Shown one piece after another: positions 32,555 to 43,498 of a stretch of 64,000 nt of DNA. The translations under genes and the position numbers were made by a program. The stretch spans positions 32,001-96,000 of the forward strand of contig CAWKHF010000004.1 in the NCBI GenBank assembly GCA_963849325.1, written 5' to 3'. The notes beneath the pieces were generated by a model. The model was not told the DNA's origin and did not search any database. It saw only the letters and a list, made by a program, of their open reading frames with translations. How positions within the stretch are numbered: the stretch's first letter is position 1; every line of letters starts with the position of its first letter. This DNA comes from an uncultured Planctomycetota bacterium (lineage in GTDB: Bacteria; Planctomycetota; Planctomycetia; Gemmatales; Gemmataceae).

Positions 32555-33480
32555 GGGGCCTTTGTATCGCTCGTGCTGCGCAAGGGCGGTGCGCTCTCCT
32601 GATCGCTCAGCGGCGGCTTCCACTTCACCTGATTCCCCCACACCATGTCAAAATCGGGCAAGACTTCAGCATCGAGGTTCGCCACCATCCATCTCGGCAC
32701 GTCCTTGATCGACCGATCCTCGAACAGCCTTCGGCATCTCCCGCAGGCGTGGATGAAAAGCGGCCTGCGGTTGAACATCCCGCTCCACGGAAAGCCAAAG
32801 TTGGTCAAGAGGATCGGCTGGTCGCAGTTCAGGCAGAGCGGGGCCGTCGTGCGCCGCCAGGCCGACTTCAGCGCCGCCCAGGGGATGCAGTTCGGCTCGA
32901 TGCCCTCCCAGGCGAACCCGGACCATGTGTGGGGAGCCGCCGTCCAGTCGTCTGGCTCTTCCACGACCCGCTGCTTCCACTTTCTCCAGTACGCTTTCCA
33001 GGGCCAAAACGGTGCAAGCCGCTCCCCGAAGAGGAAGTCGTCGCCGTGCCGGGGCGTGCTGATTTCCCGTTTCCTGTCGAGCAGGGCGACCTCCACGCCC
33101 TTCCTTGCCAGTTCGTGCTGCTTAAAGAACGGGCGCAAATCGACACGCCCCTGCTGGCCCCAATGGTGGACCGCCACCCGCCCTGGCCGAAGCTCTAGCA
33201 GGTTCAACTGGCATCGCCGCACGACGAGCCGGATCACCCGCTGCGGGTCAGCGGCGTCGAGCGTCACCAGCCGCTCACGGGCACGTTCCAAGATCGGCTC
33301 CCGTGCGTTGTCCAGTGCCCAGGCCACGGGGTCATCAACCGCCCAGGCTACCCCGGTGGCCGTGTGCAGGAACCAGAACGACCTGGGATTTCCTCCAGCA
33401 CGCAAGCCCCTGGGCAGGAGGAACGAAGCGATTGCGGCAAGAGTCGTCTTGAGGAAAGTGCGCCGGGTTGGGAAGGACAT
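32551..33480 (-). CDS. Hypothetical protein with a Tat-like N-terminus and CxxC...CxxC
   Basis: TRRTFLK, CLNC, CGRC; 4-bp overlap with the phosphatase gene. Confidence 0.6.
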   Translation of the reverse strand: MSFPTRRTFLKTTLAAIASFLLPRGLRAGGNPRSFWFLHTATGVAWAVDDPVAWALDNAREPILERARERLVTLDAADPQRVIRLVVRRCQLNLLELRPGRVAVHHWGQQGRVDLRPFFKQHELARKGVEVALLDRKREISTPRHGDDFLFGERLAPFWPWKAYWRKWKQRVVEEPDDWTAAPHTWSGFAWEGIEPNCIPWAALKSAWRRTTAPLCLNCDQPILLTNFGFPWSGMFNRRPLFIHACGRCRRLFEDRSIKDVPRWMVANLDAEVLPDFDMVWGNQVKWKPPLSDQESAPPLRSTSDTKAP

Positions 33481-33735
33481 GACCTCACCTGCGGTTCAGT
33501 GCCATCAAAGAGAAGGTGGCACCGAAACCACCTTCATCGCACGGCTTTCGCCGCCGCTCCTTTACCACCGTGCCTTGCGGGGTCGGTTGGTCGGGGTCGC
33601 AGGAAAGAAGCCATCCTCGCCCGGTCGTGATGAAGACTCTTCAATTATTGCAGGCGTCATGCGTGCTGACAACAACCCCGACCCGTAAAATGGGCCGCAG
33701 GTCGCCAAGGCCAGGACCGGCGGGAAAGGAACTCC

Positions 33736-34113
33736 ATGAACCTCTGCAAAATCTGGATGGAGCAGTGCGAAGCAGCCAGGGGCATCGAGGACGAATTCGG
33801 CACGCAGAAGGCGCTGGCCTACCTCGTGAGCGAGAAGTTCTTGAACTACCTCGAAGCCGCCGAAAAGGACTCCACGTTTCAGGCCGAGCTTCCGGCCTTT
33901 GTTGGCGAGATCAAGAGCCTTTTCGAGCCGTGGCAGCTTGCGGAATGCCTGGAGAAAGCACGGCTGACGGAGCCGTTCGACCCCGGCATCTACGAGGACG
34001 CTGAGCCTGAAGACATCGAGATGGAGCGGAAGGCGGACCTGCGCCGCTGCGCCGCCGACCTGCTGGTGGTGGAGCGGGCGAAGGAGTTGCTGCTGGGCAG
34101 CGGCAGCGAGTGA
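33736..34113 (+). CDS. Hypothetical acidic protein
   Basis: AAGGA SD; natural composition; coupled to the next gene. Confidence 0.7.
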   Translation: MNLCKIWMEQCEAARGIEDEFGTQKALAYLVSEKFLNYLEAAEKDSTFQAELPAFVGEIKSLFEPWQLAECLEKARLTEPFDPGIYEDAEPEDIEMERKADLRRCAADLLVVERAKELLLGSGSE

Positions 34114-34466
34114 TGGAGGAGCGCCGGGAAATGAAGCGGTCATCAAGAGGACGGACTTCTGGCAAGGCCACGACTGGTGGGGATGTCGCCACCCTGGAAG
34201 ACATCCCCAACGTCGGCCCAGCCGTCGCCGCTGATCTTCGGCGGCTGGGCATCACCGCCCCCGCCGACTTGCTGGGCCGTGACCCCTATGCGCTGTACGA
34301 GGACTTGTGCGAGAAAACGGGCCAGCGCCACGACCCCTGCCTGCTCGACACGTTCATCGCCGCCGTGCGGTTCATGGCGGGGGAGCCGAAGAAGCCTTGG
34401 TGGGCGTACACGGCGGAACGCAAACGACGCCTGGCGGCTCGAACGCTACCCGCCGACTCGGATTAG
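34110..34466 (+). CDS. Helix-hairpin-helix protein (Cdd1/mitomycin-resistance-like)
   Basis: LEDIPNVGPAVAADL, DPYALY, HDPCLLD, PWW. Confidence 0.8.
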   Translation: MMEERREMKRSSRGRTSGKATTGGDVATLEDIPNVGPAVAADLRRLGITAPADLLGRDPYALYEDLCEKTGQRHDPCLLDTFIAAVRFMAGEPKKPWWAYTAERKRRLAARTLPADSD

Positions 34467-34476
34467 CGAGGGTGCG

Positions 34477-34992
34477 ATGATCTTCCGGCTTTCGCAAAAG
34501 CTGAACGCCAAGATCAAGGCAGGCATCTTGCCGAGCGTGCCCCTGGACGAGAACCCGTTGGCGGACTGGTCGGCCCACCTGTTCGTGGCGGGCCGGACGC
34601 AGTACCTCCTCCTGAGCAACACGAAGTCGCTCTACTCCACGGTGATGTACGGCAAGGGCGTCACGACCGACAGCCACTTCATCGAACGTGCCCTCGGCGG
34701 CATCCGGGAGTTCATGGAAGCCGATGGCCAGGCGTTCGCCTACCGCCAACTCATCGTGCCCGCCGCCGCATCGGTTCGGTTCGCCAAGGCGCTGGATCGC
34801 TCCGTCACGGGGTCGATGAACGACCTGATAAAACATGCGACGTATTGGCTGGCCGAGGGCGACCAGTCGCCGTTCGACGTTGGCTTCCGGCTCAACGACA
34901 TCCCCATGTCGGCGCTGGCCAGCAGCAGCGGCTCGTCTTACGGCAAGCCACGGGATGCGTTCAGGGCGCTGGCGGGCGGGGTCGAGTCGTGA
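34477..34992 (+). CDS. DUF6933-like protein
   Basis: MIFRLSQKL, LADWSAHLF, DRSVTGSMND. Confidence 0.65.
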   Translation: MIFRLSQKLNAKIKAGILPSVPLDENPLADWSAHLFVAGRTQYLLLSNTKSLYSTVMYGKGVTTDSHFIERALGGIREFMEADGQAFAYRQLIVPAAASVRFAKALDRSVTGSMNDLIKHATYWLAEGDQSPFDVGFRLNDIPMSALASSSGSSYGKPRDAFRALAGGVES

Positions 34993-35069
34993 TGGGACAG
35001 CCAGGGGCTAGAAGCCGCTTCAACCCGACCTGCACGATGAGGGGCTGTGGCTGCCGTTGCCAGCAGGGT

Positions 35070-35522
35070 TCATCGCATCTCCCGCAGGTGTCGGACAATG
35101 GCCCTTTTGAGGAAGAATGATATACCCCACAGCAGCAAACGTGCCAGAGCGGACTTGGCGTGGAGCCGGAAGGAACGGGTAACGTGGGTTCCGTTGGCGG
35201 TGCGCTGGAACTCCCACGTTTCCTCGAACTCGGTCGCCCACCGAGAAAGCGGTGCGGAGAAATCCTTCATTTGAAGCCGAAGCCGGTGATCGGGCTGCCA
35301 CTCCACAATTTCCTCAATATGACTCGACCCGTCCCGGTTCGTGACCCGGATTCGAGAGCCGACGATGCCGGGCGTCTGGACATCGAACACCGCAACCTTG
35401 ATGCCCGGTAGCGGGCCGAAACCGTGGAAGTTGGGCCACTTCGTCAGGTCGAGAATCTGCCGGGCGATCTCTTCGGGAGCGAGAGGAAGTGTGTCTTCGC
35501 AAGAGAAGGTGATCGGGTTCAT
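35070..35522 (-). CDS. SRPBCC-family protein
   Basis: DLTKWP, GSRIRV, EEIVEW, GTHVTRSF pattern. Confidence 0.7.
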   Translation of the reverse strand: MNPITFSCEDTLPLAPEEIARQILDLTKWPNFHGFGPLPGIKVAVFDVQTPGIVGSRIRVTNRDGSSHIEEIVEWQPDHRLRLQMKDFSAPLSRWATEFEETWEFQRTANGTHVTRSFRLHAKSALARLLLWGISFFLKRAIVRHLREMR

Positions 35523-35980
35523 TCGGCCCTCTCGCACGCCCTGAGCATCGCCGTCAGCGGCTCCGGGTCGGCCAGGCGGTGGTCGCTGCCTACTTCGACC
35601 AGGGCCGTGGCGGGCAGGCTGCTGGTGCGGACCAGTTCCTCGCTGTCGCTGAACGGCACCACGTCGTCGGCCCGTGAGTGCAAGATGGTCGTTCCGGGCT
35701 TCAGGGTCTTGACCGTCCCGTACTTCTTCCAGGCGGGGCAGAGCAGCACGAGCGGGGTGTCGCCGCTGTCGAGGTTCATGGCCAGCGCCCCGCCCCGTGA
35801 AGAGCCGACCACCACAGCGGGCCGGTGCCGGTCGTACTCGGCCTGGGCGATGCGCACGGCTGCCTCGAAGTCCTCGTCGGGCAGCTTCGGATTGATGACC
35901 TCATGGCCGTGCTGCGCCAGAAAGGTCGGTTTGACCCCGCCAGGGATCGAATGCCAGCCGTGCAGGAAGAGGATTCTCAT
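35519..35980 (-). CDS. Small alpha/beta hydrolase (YqiA-like)
   Basis: FLHG, VGSSRGG, DDVV, DHRL. Confidence 0.85.
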   Translation of the reverse strand: MRILFLHGWHSIPGGVKPTFLAQHGHEVINPKLPDEDFEAAVRIAQAEYDRHRPAVVVGSSRGGALAMNLDSGDTPLVLLCPAWKKYGTVKTLKPGTTILHSRADDVVPFSDSEELVRTSSLPATALVEVGSDHRLADPEPLTAMLRACERAE

Positions 35981-36108
35981 GAGGTCGTTGTAGCCTGCTG
36001 CGGTCGGCCTGGCTGTGCGTGCCTGTGACCGGGAGAATACCTGCGGGGGCTTGTTCGGGAGGCCCGCCCTTCCGCAAGATGACCAGAGGCGGCACAGGAG
36101 GGCCTGTC

Positions 36109-36816
36109 GTGGCCAAGAAGAACAAGAAGGAGAAGAAACCCCGGACCCCGGCCCAGTTCGCCACCGAAGTGCAGGTCCGTGTGAAGCCCGGCACGACCGA
36201 CCCGGACTTCCCTGACATCCCGCTCGGCGGCTGGGCCGGGACGATCAGCGAAGTGGACCAGAGATCGGCCCCGCCGACCTACCTGATCGAGTGGGACCGG
36301 CACACGCTGGACCCCATGCACCCCGTCTACCGCAAGCGCTGCGAGCGGGACGGCCTCGGACTCGAAAGCATGTGGCTGGGCGAGGACGACATCGAGCCGG
36401 ACAGCGGCGGGCCAGCCGTCATCGAGCAGCCGACGAGCATCGTGACCCGCCCGCTCAACGAGAAGGACCAGGACGACCGTGTGCGGATCGCCCTGGGGCT
36501 GACGAGCAACGACCCACTCCCGGAAGTCGATGACGACACCCTCCGGGCCTACCACCGCTACCTGGCGGCGCACCTGACATTCCCCTTCGAGGCCAAATGG
36601 GAGCCGGAACACGGGCCAGCGCAGGCCGTGAAAATCACCGGCCTGGGCGACACCGAAGACGACGCCTGGGCGGACGAGATGTACGGGGTGCTGTGCGAGG
36701 CGAGGGCCGAGGGCCGGTTGACCGAAGTGTTGCTGGGCGAGTGCGAGGCCAAGAAGGGCAGCGCCAACCGGCAACTGCTGAAGGATTATGCGTACTGGTT
36801 CTGGAACAACAGGTGA
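36109..36816 (+). CDS. Acidic protein with a CcbP-like (calcium-binding family) C-terminal domain
   Basis: LTFPFEA...NRQLLKDYAYWF pattern. Confidence 0.6.
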   Translation: MAKKNKKEKKPRTPAQFATEVQVRVKPGTTDPDFPDIPLGGWAGTISEVDQRSAPPTYLIEWDRHTLDPMHPVYRKRCERDGLGLESMWLGEDDIEPDSGGPAVIEQPTSIVTRPLNEKDQDDRVRIALGLTSNDPLPEVDDDTLRAYHRYLAAHLTFPFEAKWEPEHGPAQAVKITGLGDTEDDAWADEMYGVLCEARAEGRLTEVLLGECEAKKGSANRQLLKDYAYWFWNNR

Positions 36817-37266
36817 CGGGGAGTGCCCTTGCCAGGCTTCTGCGCCCCAGCTTCGCCGGAGAGGGACGAAGCTGAAGGTTGACGGAACCTCGATCCGTGG
36901 TAATCTGGCTCTTCCCCAGGGCCAAGGACTGGCCGAAGCTGAAGGGACTCAGCCTGGGGTCATCTCGCCTTCGCCTGCCGTCCGCAGATCGACGTGAGAT
37001 CGACGTGCCCGCCCTCCACCGCCGCAGGCTTGTGCCGCACACTGACCAACCTGCCTGGCGCTTTAGCCCTGTCAAGAAGGTCGTGCTGGTCGGTCCTGGG
37101 CGCTTCCCCCGTGGGCTGCGGGCTGACCCCGGCACGGTGTTTGCTCCTCATCCTCCAATGGCGTGCAGCTTCGGGATGCCGGGGTGCAGGGTCCGATGAT
37201 TACTGCCGTCCGAAGGTGGTGTGAGATGGAGGCCAGGCAGGTGGCGACCGTGGAAGGTAAAGACCC

Positions 37267-38885
37267 GTGGATGAACCAGGCACGAAAACGCCGTCGAACG
37301 ATCCGCCTGGAAAGGAGCCGCCTGCGCACGGCCTGGGCGGGGCTGAAGAACAGCACCGCCTGTTGATGGAGTGCGTGACCGACTACGCCATCTTCTTCCT
37401 CGACCCTCACGGGCGGGTCGCCACCTGGAACGCCGGGGCCGAACGCATCTTCCGCTACAGGGAGGCCGAGATCGTCGGCCAGCATTTCTCCCACTTTTCA
37501 CTCCCGAAGACGTTCAACAAGGCATACCGGAGAAGGAACTCCAGAAGGCGGCGACGGCGGGGCGGGCGAATGACGACCGCTGGCTGGTACGCAACGGCGG
37601 GGAGAGGCTGTGGTGCAACGGCGTGACCACTGCCTTGGGGGACGAGAAGGGCGGACTGCGGGGCTTCGCCAAGGTGCTGCGGGACCGCACCGAGCCGAAG
37701 CGTCTGCAAGAAGCCCTGCACCAGCGGGCCGAGGAACTGGCGCAAGAGGCCCGGCAGAAGGACGACTTCCTGGCGGTCCTGGCCCACGAGTTGCGCAACC
37801 CCCTGGCCCCCATACGCAACGCCCTGCAAGTCATCCGCCTGGGCCATCACGACCCTACCCTCGTGGAGCAGATGCGGGCGATGGCCGAGCGCCAGGTCGG
37901 GCACATGACCCGCCTAGTGGACGATCTGCTCGATCTCTCCCGCATCAGCCGGGGCCTGATCCGGTTGCTCAAAGAGCCAGTGGACGTAGGCCAGCCCGTG
38001 CAGCAAGCCATCGAAGGTGTGCAACCCCTGGTCCGGGAACGAAGTCTAACGCTCTCGGTGTCTCTCCCAGCAGAGCCGTGCTACGTCGATGTGGACCCGA
38101 CTCGGTTGCAGCAAGTCGTGGGCAACCTCCTCACCAACGCCGCAAAGTACACCGACCCAGGGGGCAACATCCTGCTCACCGTCCGACCGGAGGGCACCGA
38201 CGTGCTGCTGCGGGTGCGGGACACGGGCATCGGCATCCCGGCTGACATGCTGCCTCGTATCTTCGACCTGTTCGTGCAGGCCGAGCGCCGCCTGGACCGC
38301 TCCCAGGGTGGTTTGGGGATCGGGCTGACCCTGGTGCGCAGGCTGGTGGAAATGCACGGCGGCAACGTCACCGCCCACAGCGAGGGGCCGGGCCAGGGCA
38401 GCGAGTTCGTCGTGCGCCTGCCCGCCCTGCCCGAAGACCGGAAGGGAGAACTCCTGCGGAAGCAGGGCGATGACCAGCAGCCTGTGGCTCCCTCGGCTCC
38501 CCGCCGCATCCTGGTGGTGGACGACAACGTGGACGCCGCCGAGAGCCTGGCCGTGCTGCTGCGGCTGGAGGGGCACGAGGTCCGGGTGGCCTGCGACGGC
38601 CCGGCGGCGCTGGCGGCGGCGCAGGCGGACCCGCCGGAGATGGTGGTGTTGGACCTGGGGATGCCGGGGATGGACGGCTTCGAGGTTGTCCGCCGCCTCC
38701 GGGGGCAGCCGGGGTCGAAGGATGCGCTGTTGGTGGCGGTGACGGGCTGGGCACAGGAGGAGGACCGGCGGCGATGCTACGAGGCGGGCTTCGACGGCCA
38801 CCTGCCCAAGCCGGTCGAGTGGGACGCCCTGCGGCAATTCCTGGCCCACCCCAAGCTGCTCAGGCATCGGCCTGCGGGAAGCTGA
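37267..38885 (+). CDS. PAS hybrid histidine kinase/response regulator (frameshift near 37500)
   Basis: WNAGAERIF, LAHELRNPL, NLLTNAAKYT, DTGIGI, GLGIGL, ILVVDD, DLGMPGMDG, KPV. Confidence 0.92.
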
Positions 38886-38891
38886 TCCGTG

Positions 38892-39092
38892 TCAGCGTGC
38901 TGGCTCCAGACGGGCAGACAAGCTCTCGGCCTGATGCTCGGCCTGCACCGCCTGTTGCGCCCCGGCGTGGCTGGCCTCGTGGCGGCAGTAGCAGTCGAGG
39001 GAACAAGACGGCTGGCCGCACTCCTGACAGAAGAAGGTGGTGTGCAGTTTCCTGCCGCACTCCGAGCAGCAGGCGAAGCTGACAACAGACAT
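38892..39092 (-). CDS. Small Cys-rich (zinc-finger-like) protein
   Basis: GGAG SD; CSEC, CQEC, CSLDC..H. Confidence 0.5.
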   Translation of the reverse strand: MSVVSFACCSECGRKLHTTFFCQECGQPSCSLDCYCRHEASHAGAQQAVQAEHQAESLSARLEPAR

Positions 39093-39259
39093 GGCCCTTC
39101 TCTCCTCCGGCATTTTGGGGAGGGACAGCAAGCACCGGAATCCGCCCACGGCCCGGTTCGACCTATATCGCTCCGTTCCTCAAAGGTGCAACTGCCGTGC
39201 CGTATCCCCCGGCAGAACTTTCCGTTTCAGATGGATCAGCGAGGTGGGCGAGGGGAGCT

Positions 39260-39874
39260 TCATCTCTCCCGCCGGATCACCGCAAACCACGCCTTCGGCC
39301 CGCCCGCACTGAAGGTCACGTCCTTAAAGTCAGGCCGAATATCGTAGCGTGATGGCTCGATGGATTCGATGACCCAGCCCTGGGCGAAGGCGTCGTGCAG
39401 TTCCTTCTTCGACACCCGCCTCGGCCCCTGCGTGCCCGGCTCCTCGTCGCTGAAGCAGAGGAGGAACAACCTCCCGCCCGGCTTCAGGACGGTCGCTAGA
39501 CCCTCGACGTAGCGCTTCCGGTCCTCGTCGGAGAAGACGTGAAACAACCCGCTGTCGATCACGTTGTCGAACACTTCGGGGAGGTCTTTGAGCGCCAGGG
39601 CGTCCATCACGAGGAAGGTGACCGTCAGCCCCCGCTCGCTCGCCTTGCGCTTAGCCCGCTGGATCGGTTCTTCGAGGAAGTCGATGCCCGTGACCTTGTG
39701 GCCTCGGCTGGCGAAGAAGAGGGCGTTCTCGCCGGTGCCGCAGCCCACGTCGAGGACGGAGCCGGTGATGGGGTCGGCCACGTCGAGGAACGCCTGCTGC
39801 GGCCCTCCGATGTCCCAGGGCGCTTGCCCGGTGTAGGCGCTCTCGAACGTGCTGCGGTCGGGTAAACTACTCAT
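39260..39874 (-). CDS. Class I SAM-dependent methyltransferase
   Basis: APWDIG, VLDVGCGTG, DSGLFH, LKPGG. Confidence 0.9.
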   Translation of the reverse strand: MSSLPDRSTFESAYTGQAPWDIGGPQQAFLDVADPITGSVLDVGCGTGENALFFASRGHKVTGIDFLEEPIQRAKRKASERGLTVTFLVMDALALKDLPEVFDNVIDSGLFHVFSDEDRKRYVEGLATVLKPGGRLFLLCFSDEEPGTQGPRRVSKKELHDAFAQGWVIESIEPSRYDIRPDFKDVTFSAGGPKAWFAVIRRER

Positions 39875-40028
39875 GGCGATAACCCCTCCTTGCGCCCATT
39901 TTAGGGCTTTTGCTGCTCGCCATCGGCTTGGAGGAGCCGAGTGTCAGCGGTTCCGGCAAATGGGACGGGACGCCCTCCGTCTGCACCGGCGTAAAATGAC
40001 AGTAGGGAAGCCCCGTGTCGAAGCGAGA

Positions 40029-40340
40029 ATGCCGATGCTCCTGCACGAGTTCAACTGGAAGAAGGAAGTCCTCCAGGCCAGCGAGCCGGTGCTGGTCGAT
40101 TTTTGGGCCTCATGGTGCCCGCCGTGCCGGGCGATGAACCCGACCATCGAGGCGCTGGCCAGGGAATTCAAGGTCTGCAAGGTGAACGTGGACACCAACC
40201 AGGAACTTGCCGCCCGCTACGACATCTCCTCGATCCCGGCGCTACTGATCTTCAAGGGCGGGCAGATTGCGGCTCGGCACGTCGGCGTGACGCCGGAGGC
40301 CACGCTGCGGGCCGAGATGCAGAGGTTAAGGCAAACATGA
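40029..40340 (+). CDS. Thioredoxin
   Basis: VLVDFWASWCPPC, SIPAL. Confidence 0.9.
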   Translation: MPMLLHEFNWKKEVLQASEPVLVDFWASWCPPCRAMNPTIEALAREFKVCKVNVDTNQELAARYDISSIPALLIFKGGQIAARHVGVTPEATLRAEMQRLRQT

Positions 40341-40362
40341 CCGCCCGCCAGGAGGCCAGACC

Positions 40363-40812
40363 ATGACTTTCTTTCGGAGAATCCTTGCAACTGACGCCCC
40401 CGCCGCCGTCCTCCTGATCCGCCTGATCGTCGGCGGTGTGTTTCTCTCCGAGGGCATTCAGAAGTTCCTGTTCCCGGAGGCCCTGGGGGTGGGCCGCTTC
40501 GCCAAGATCGGGATTCCGGCCCCGGAAGTCATGGCCCCGTTTGTCGGGGTGTGCGAGATCGTCTGCGGCGTGCTTTTTCTCCTGGGGTTGCTCACTCGTT
40601 TCGCCGCCATCACCATGATAATCGACATGCTCGTGGCGATCTCGACAACGAAGGTGCCCATGCTGCTCAACGAAGGTATCTGGAAGATGGCGCACGAGGC
40701 CCGCACCGATTGGGCCATGCTGCTGGGGTCGCTCTTCCTTCTTATCGTCGGGGCGGGTTCGTGGTCGTTCGATGCGAAGCTCGCTCGGACGGCTGATCGG
40801 AGAACGGGATAA
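40363..40812 (+). CDS. DoxX-family membrane protein
   Basis: LLIRL..G..F..EGIQKF, GLLTRFAA, GAGSWSFD. Confidence 0.85.
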   Translation: MTFFRRILATDAPAAVLLIRLIVGGVFLSEGIQKFLFPEALGVGRFAKIGIPAPEVMAPFVGVCEIVCGVLFLLGLLTRFAAITMIIDMLVAISTTKVPMLLNEGIWKMAHEARTDWAMLLGSLFLLIVGAGSWSFDAKLARTADRRTG

Positions 40813-40918
40813 CGAGCCATTCGTCAATCGGTGAGCCGTTGTTGACCGCAGCCTTCCGGTCGGGAGCGGGACTGTCCGCATCTCCGGCGGGCCACGTTGA
40901 AGGCCGCAAGTTCCTGCG

Positions 40919-41533
40919 TCATTTGGTGGCGATCCCACGATAGAGATAGCCGGGGGTTTTCGGCATCCGTTCCAGGTAGAACTCCTCGACTTCGACCGAA
41001 GCGAAGGGCTGGGCGGCGGCGAGTTCCCTCATGTTCCGGTCCAGGTGACACCCATTGGCGAGGCGCACTTGCAGCCAGTTCAGGCGGCGCTGCCACTTCT
41101 GCACCTGCGGCTCCGGGCTGAGGCCGTGTTCGAGGAACAGGAACTTGCCGCCGCTCTTTAGCACCCGGTACACTTCCGCCAGGGCTTGGTCAACGCCCTC
41201 GATGCTGCACAGGGTAAACGTGCTGACGGCGCAATCGAAGCGGTTGTCCTCGAAGGGGAGGCGTTCGCCGCCGAGGAGCTGCTGGTCTACCTCCATCGCC
41301 GTGCGTTGAATCCGCTTCTGCGCCAGCCGGTGCATTCCGGGGTGCGGATCGACGGTCGTGAGCATACGGACCCGTTGGGGGTAGTACGGCAGGTTCAACC
41401 CCGTCCCGAAGCCAATCTCCAAAACATCGCCGTAAGCACCGGCGAGCAGATTGCGCCGCTGCCGAGCCAGGAGGGGCTTGTTCAAGAGGAAATCGCATAG
41501 ACGTGGGACAATTACCTGCGAGAAGAAGCCCAC
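40919..41533 (-). CDS. Class I SAM-dependent methyltransferase
   Basis: VLEIGFGTGLN, FTLCSI, LEHG. Confidence 0.9.
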   Translation of the reverse strand: MGFFSQVIVPRLCDFLLNKPLLARQRRNLLAGAYGDVLEIGFGTGLNLPYYPQRVRMLTTVDPHPGMHRLAQKRIQRTAMEVDQQLLGGERLPFEDNRFDCAVSTFTLCSIEGVDQALAEVYRVLKSGGKFLFLEHGLSPEPQVQKWQRRLNWLQVRLANGCHLDRNMRELAAAQPFASVEVEEFYLERMPKTPGYLYRGIATK

Positions 41534-41719
41534 AGTCTTCTCCTGATGTGCTTGGCATGGGCTGGTCCGTTCGTGGCTATTCTACTCGCCTGCCGACCCG
41601 ACGAAACCACGAACGGCGGCGGTGCTACCCGTGCTTCTTGGTGGTCGGCCCGGTTGCAGCCTGGCTAGAATAGCCGAAACGGGCGTCCCTTCGACGCCTC
41701 CTGAAAGGAGGAATCTGCA

Positions 41720-42052
41720 ATGGCTATTCCGCACGCCAAGCCCGGCGAGGTCGTGGACGTTCGGCCCCTGGGGGCGGCGCTGGCCTCGGCGCAAACGCAA
41801 ACCCTGGTTCGTGCCGAGCAGGTGGAGGTCATCCGCCTGGTCGTCCCGGCGGGCAAGGAGATCGAGGAGCATAAGGCCAAGGGCGAGATCGTCGTGCAAT
41901 GCCTGGAGGGGCGGGTGGTCTTCACCGCCTTCGGCAAGACGCACAACCTTGAGGCCGGGAAGCTCCTCTACCTGCCCACGGGGGAGCCACACTCGGTCAA
42001 GGGGATCGAGAACGCCTCGCTCCTGCTGACGATCCTCCTGCCCAAGCACTGA
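41720..42052 (+). CDS. Cupin domain protein
   Basis: AGGAGG SD; EEHKAKGEI, EPHSV, LLTIL. Confidence 0.8.
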   Translation: MAIPHAKPGEVVDVRPLGAALASAQTQTLVRAEQVEVIRLVVPAGKEIEEHKAKGEIVVQCLEGRVVFTAFGKTHNLEAGKLLYLPTGEPHSVKGIENASLLLTILLPKH

Positions 42053-42230
42053 AAGCGCCGCCCGTCGCCGGGCCTTCACGGTCGAGAGTCCTTCGCCAGC
42101 AACAGCATGGCCACCGGCGTGTGCGCCTGGAGGCCGTGGCGCAGGCCGGTGGGCATGTGGACCCAGGTGCCGGGCGTGGCACTCGTTTTGCTCCTGGTGA
42201 GAGTGGGGCGTTTTTCAGGAGGGCAGAACG

Positions 42231-42455
42231 ATGGCAAGCGACCTGAAGCGAGGCGATCATGTCGAGTGGAACTCGGAAGCGGGGCGGGTCCGGGGAACGA
42301 TCCAGAAGAAAGTGACTTCGGAGATCACCTTCAAGGGCTACAGGCGGCACGCCTCCCAGGAGGAGCCGCAGTACATCATCAAGAGCGACAAGACCGACCA
42401 CCTGGCCATCCACAAGGGGTCGGCCCTCAAGAAGCTCAAGAAGACCAAAGGCTAA
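42231..42455 (+). CDS. DUF2945/HVA1 Tudor-like protein
   Basis: GDHVEWNS, ASQEEPQY.IKSDKT.H.A.HK. Confidence 0.8.
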   Translation: MASDLKRGDHVEWNSEAGRVRGTIQKKVTSEITFKGYRRHASQEEPQYIIKSDKTDHLAIHKGSALKKLKKTKG

Positions 42456-42531
42456 CCCACGCCGATGGTTTCCGTCTCGGCGTCCCTCCTGGTGCTGACG
42501 GGGGCCATCGCCTCGGTGAGCGGCATCGGGA

Positions 42532-43407
42532 TCAGACCTGGCTCCTTTCCCGCATCGACTCGGCCAGGCGTTCGACTTGCTGGCGCATCTCGGCGGCGGG
42601 CAAATACACCCGCTGGCCGTGGCCGGGCAAGACCCACTCGAACCGATACGCCGCCAGCCGCCCCATCGACTCGGCCTGCTGCGGCCACGAATACCAGCAG
42701 TAGTCCTCGGAGGCCGAAAGCTGCTGCGTGTCCCGGTCCCAATCCAGGTGGTCGCCGGTGAACAGGAAGCGCTCCTGGTAGAGCAGAACGCAGTGGCCCT
42801 TCGTGTGTCCCGGCGTGGGGATGGCGAGGAAATCTGGAGCCAACTCCCACGGCCCCTCACCATCGAGAACGACTTCCGCACCGGGCTGCGACGAAAACTC
42901 CTCCCGATGGATGATGCGGCGACTGCCGAAATGCCCGGCGTAGCGCTGGGCGTCGGCTACGTCGTCTCGGTGCGTCAGGAAGATGTGGGCGATGCCGCCC
43001 AGCTTCTCAAGCTGCCGCACCAGCGGGGTCACGAACTTGGGCGAGTCGATGAGCCAGTTCCCAGCAGCGTGCTTGATGAAGTAGCTGTTGCCGCCATACG
43101 ACTTCGGAGAATTGAACCCGCAGTAATAGACCGGCGCCTCGATGAGAAGGGGGAAGTCCTTCATCACCGCCTTCACGTCATCGTCACTGAGGCAGCCGAT
43201 GGACCCCGTGGGGCAGGCCAGGAGCGCTTGCAGCGCCCGCCGCCGGTCGGCGCTGGCAACCGGCTGGGCCTTGACGAAGGACGTTTCCGCCGCCTCTCCG
43301 AAGACCGCAGGGGCGATCTGCCGACAGGCATCGCAGTCGATGCAGGTCGAATCTACGAAGAAGTCGCCAGGGACGTTTTCCGGCACCCGCTTCTTGGGGT
43401 TGGCCAT
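42532..43407 (-). CDS. Ferredoxin-fused MBL-fold metallo-hydrolase
   Basis: CIDCDAC...CPTGSI, LTHRDD, TPGHT, TGDH, PGHG. Confidence 0.88.
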   Translation of the reverse strand: MANPKKRVPENVPGDFFVDSTCIDCDACRQIAPAVFGEAAETSFVKAQPVASADRRRALQALLACPTGSIGCLSDDDVKAVMKDFPLLIEAPVYYCGFNSPKSYGGNSYFIKHAAGNWLIDSPKFVTPLVRQLEKLGGIAHIFLTHRDDVADAQRYAGHFGSRRIIHREEFSSQPGAEVVLDGEGPWELAPDFLAIPTPGHTKGHCVLLYQERFLFTGDHLDWDRDTQQLSASEDYCWYSWPQQAESMGRLAAYRFEWVLPGHGQRVYLPAAEMRQQVERLAESMRERSQV

Positions 43408-43498
43408 GATCGAACCTCCTCTTTGCATTCTACCTGTGCGGGAGGCTCTTGAATTGCATCATCGTGGCGGCGCATACCCAAGCTGGAACCGGCCCGTC

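Noticed and set aside
36985-37007. 11-bp tandem repeat agatcgacgtg x2 in a long intergenic region
   Set aside because: Only two short copies; no supporting structure for an ncRNA or operator.
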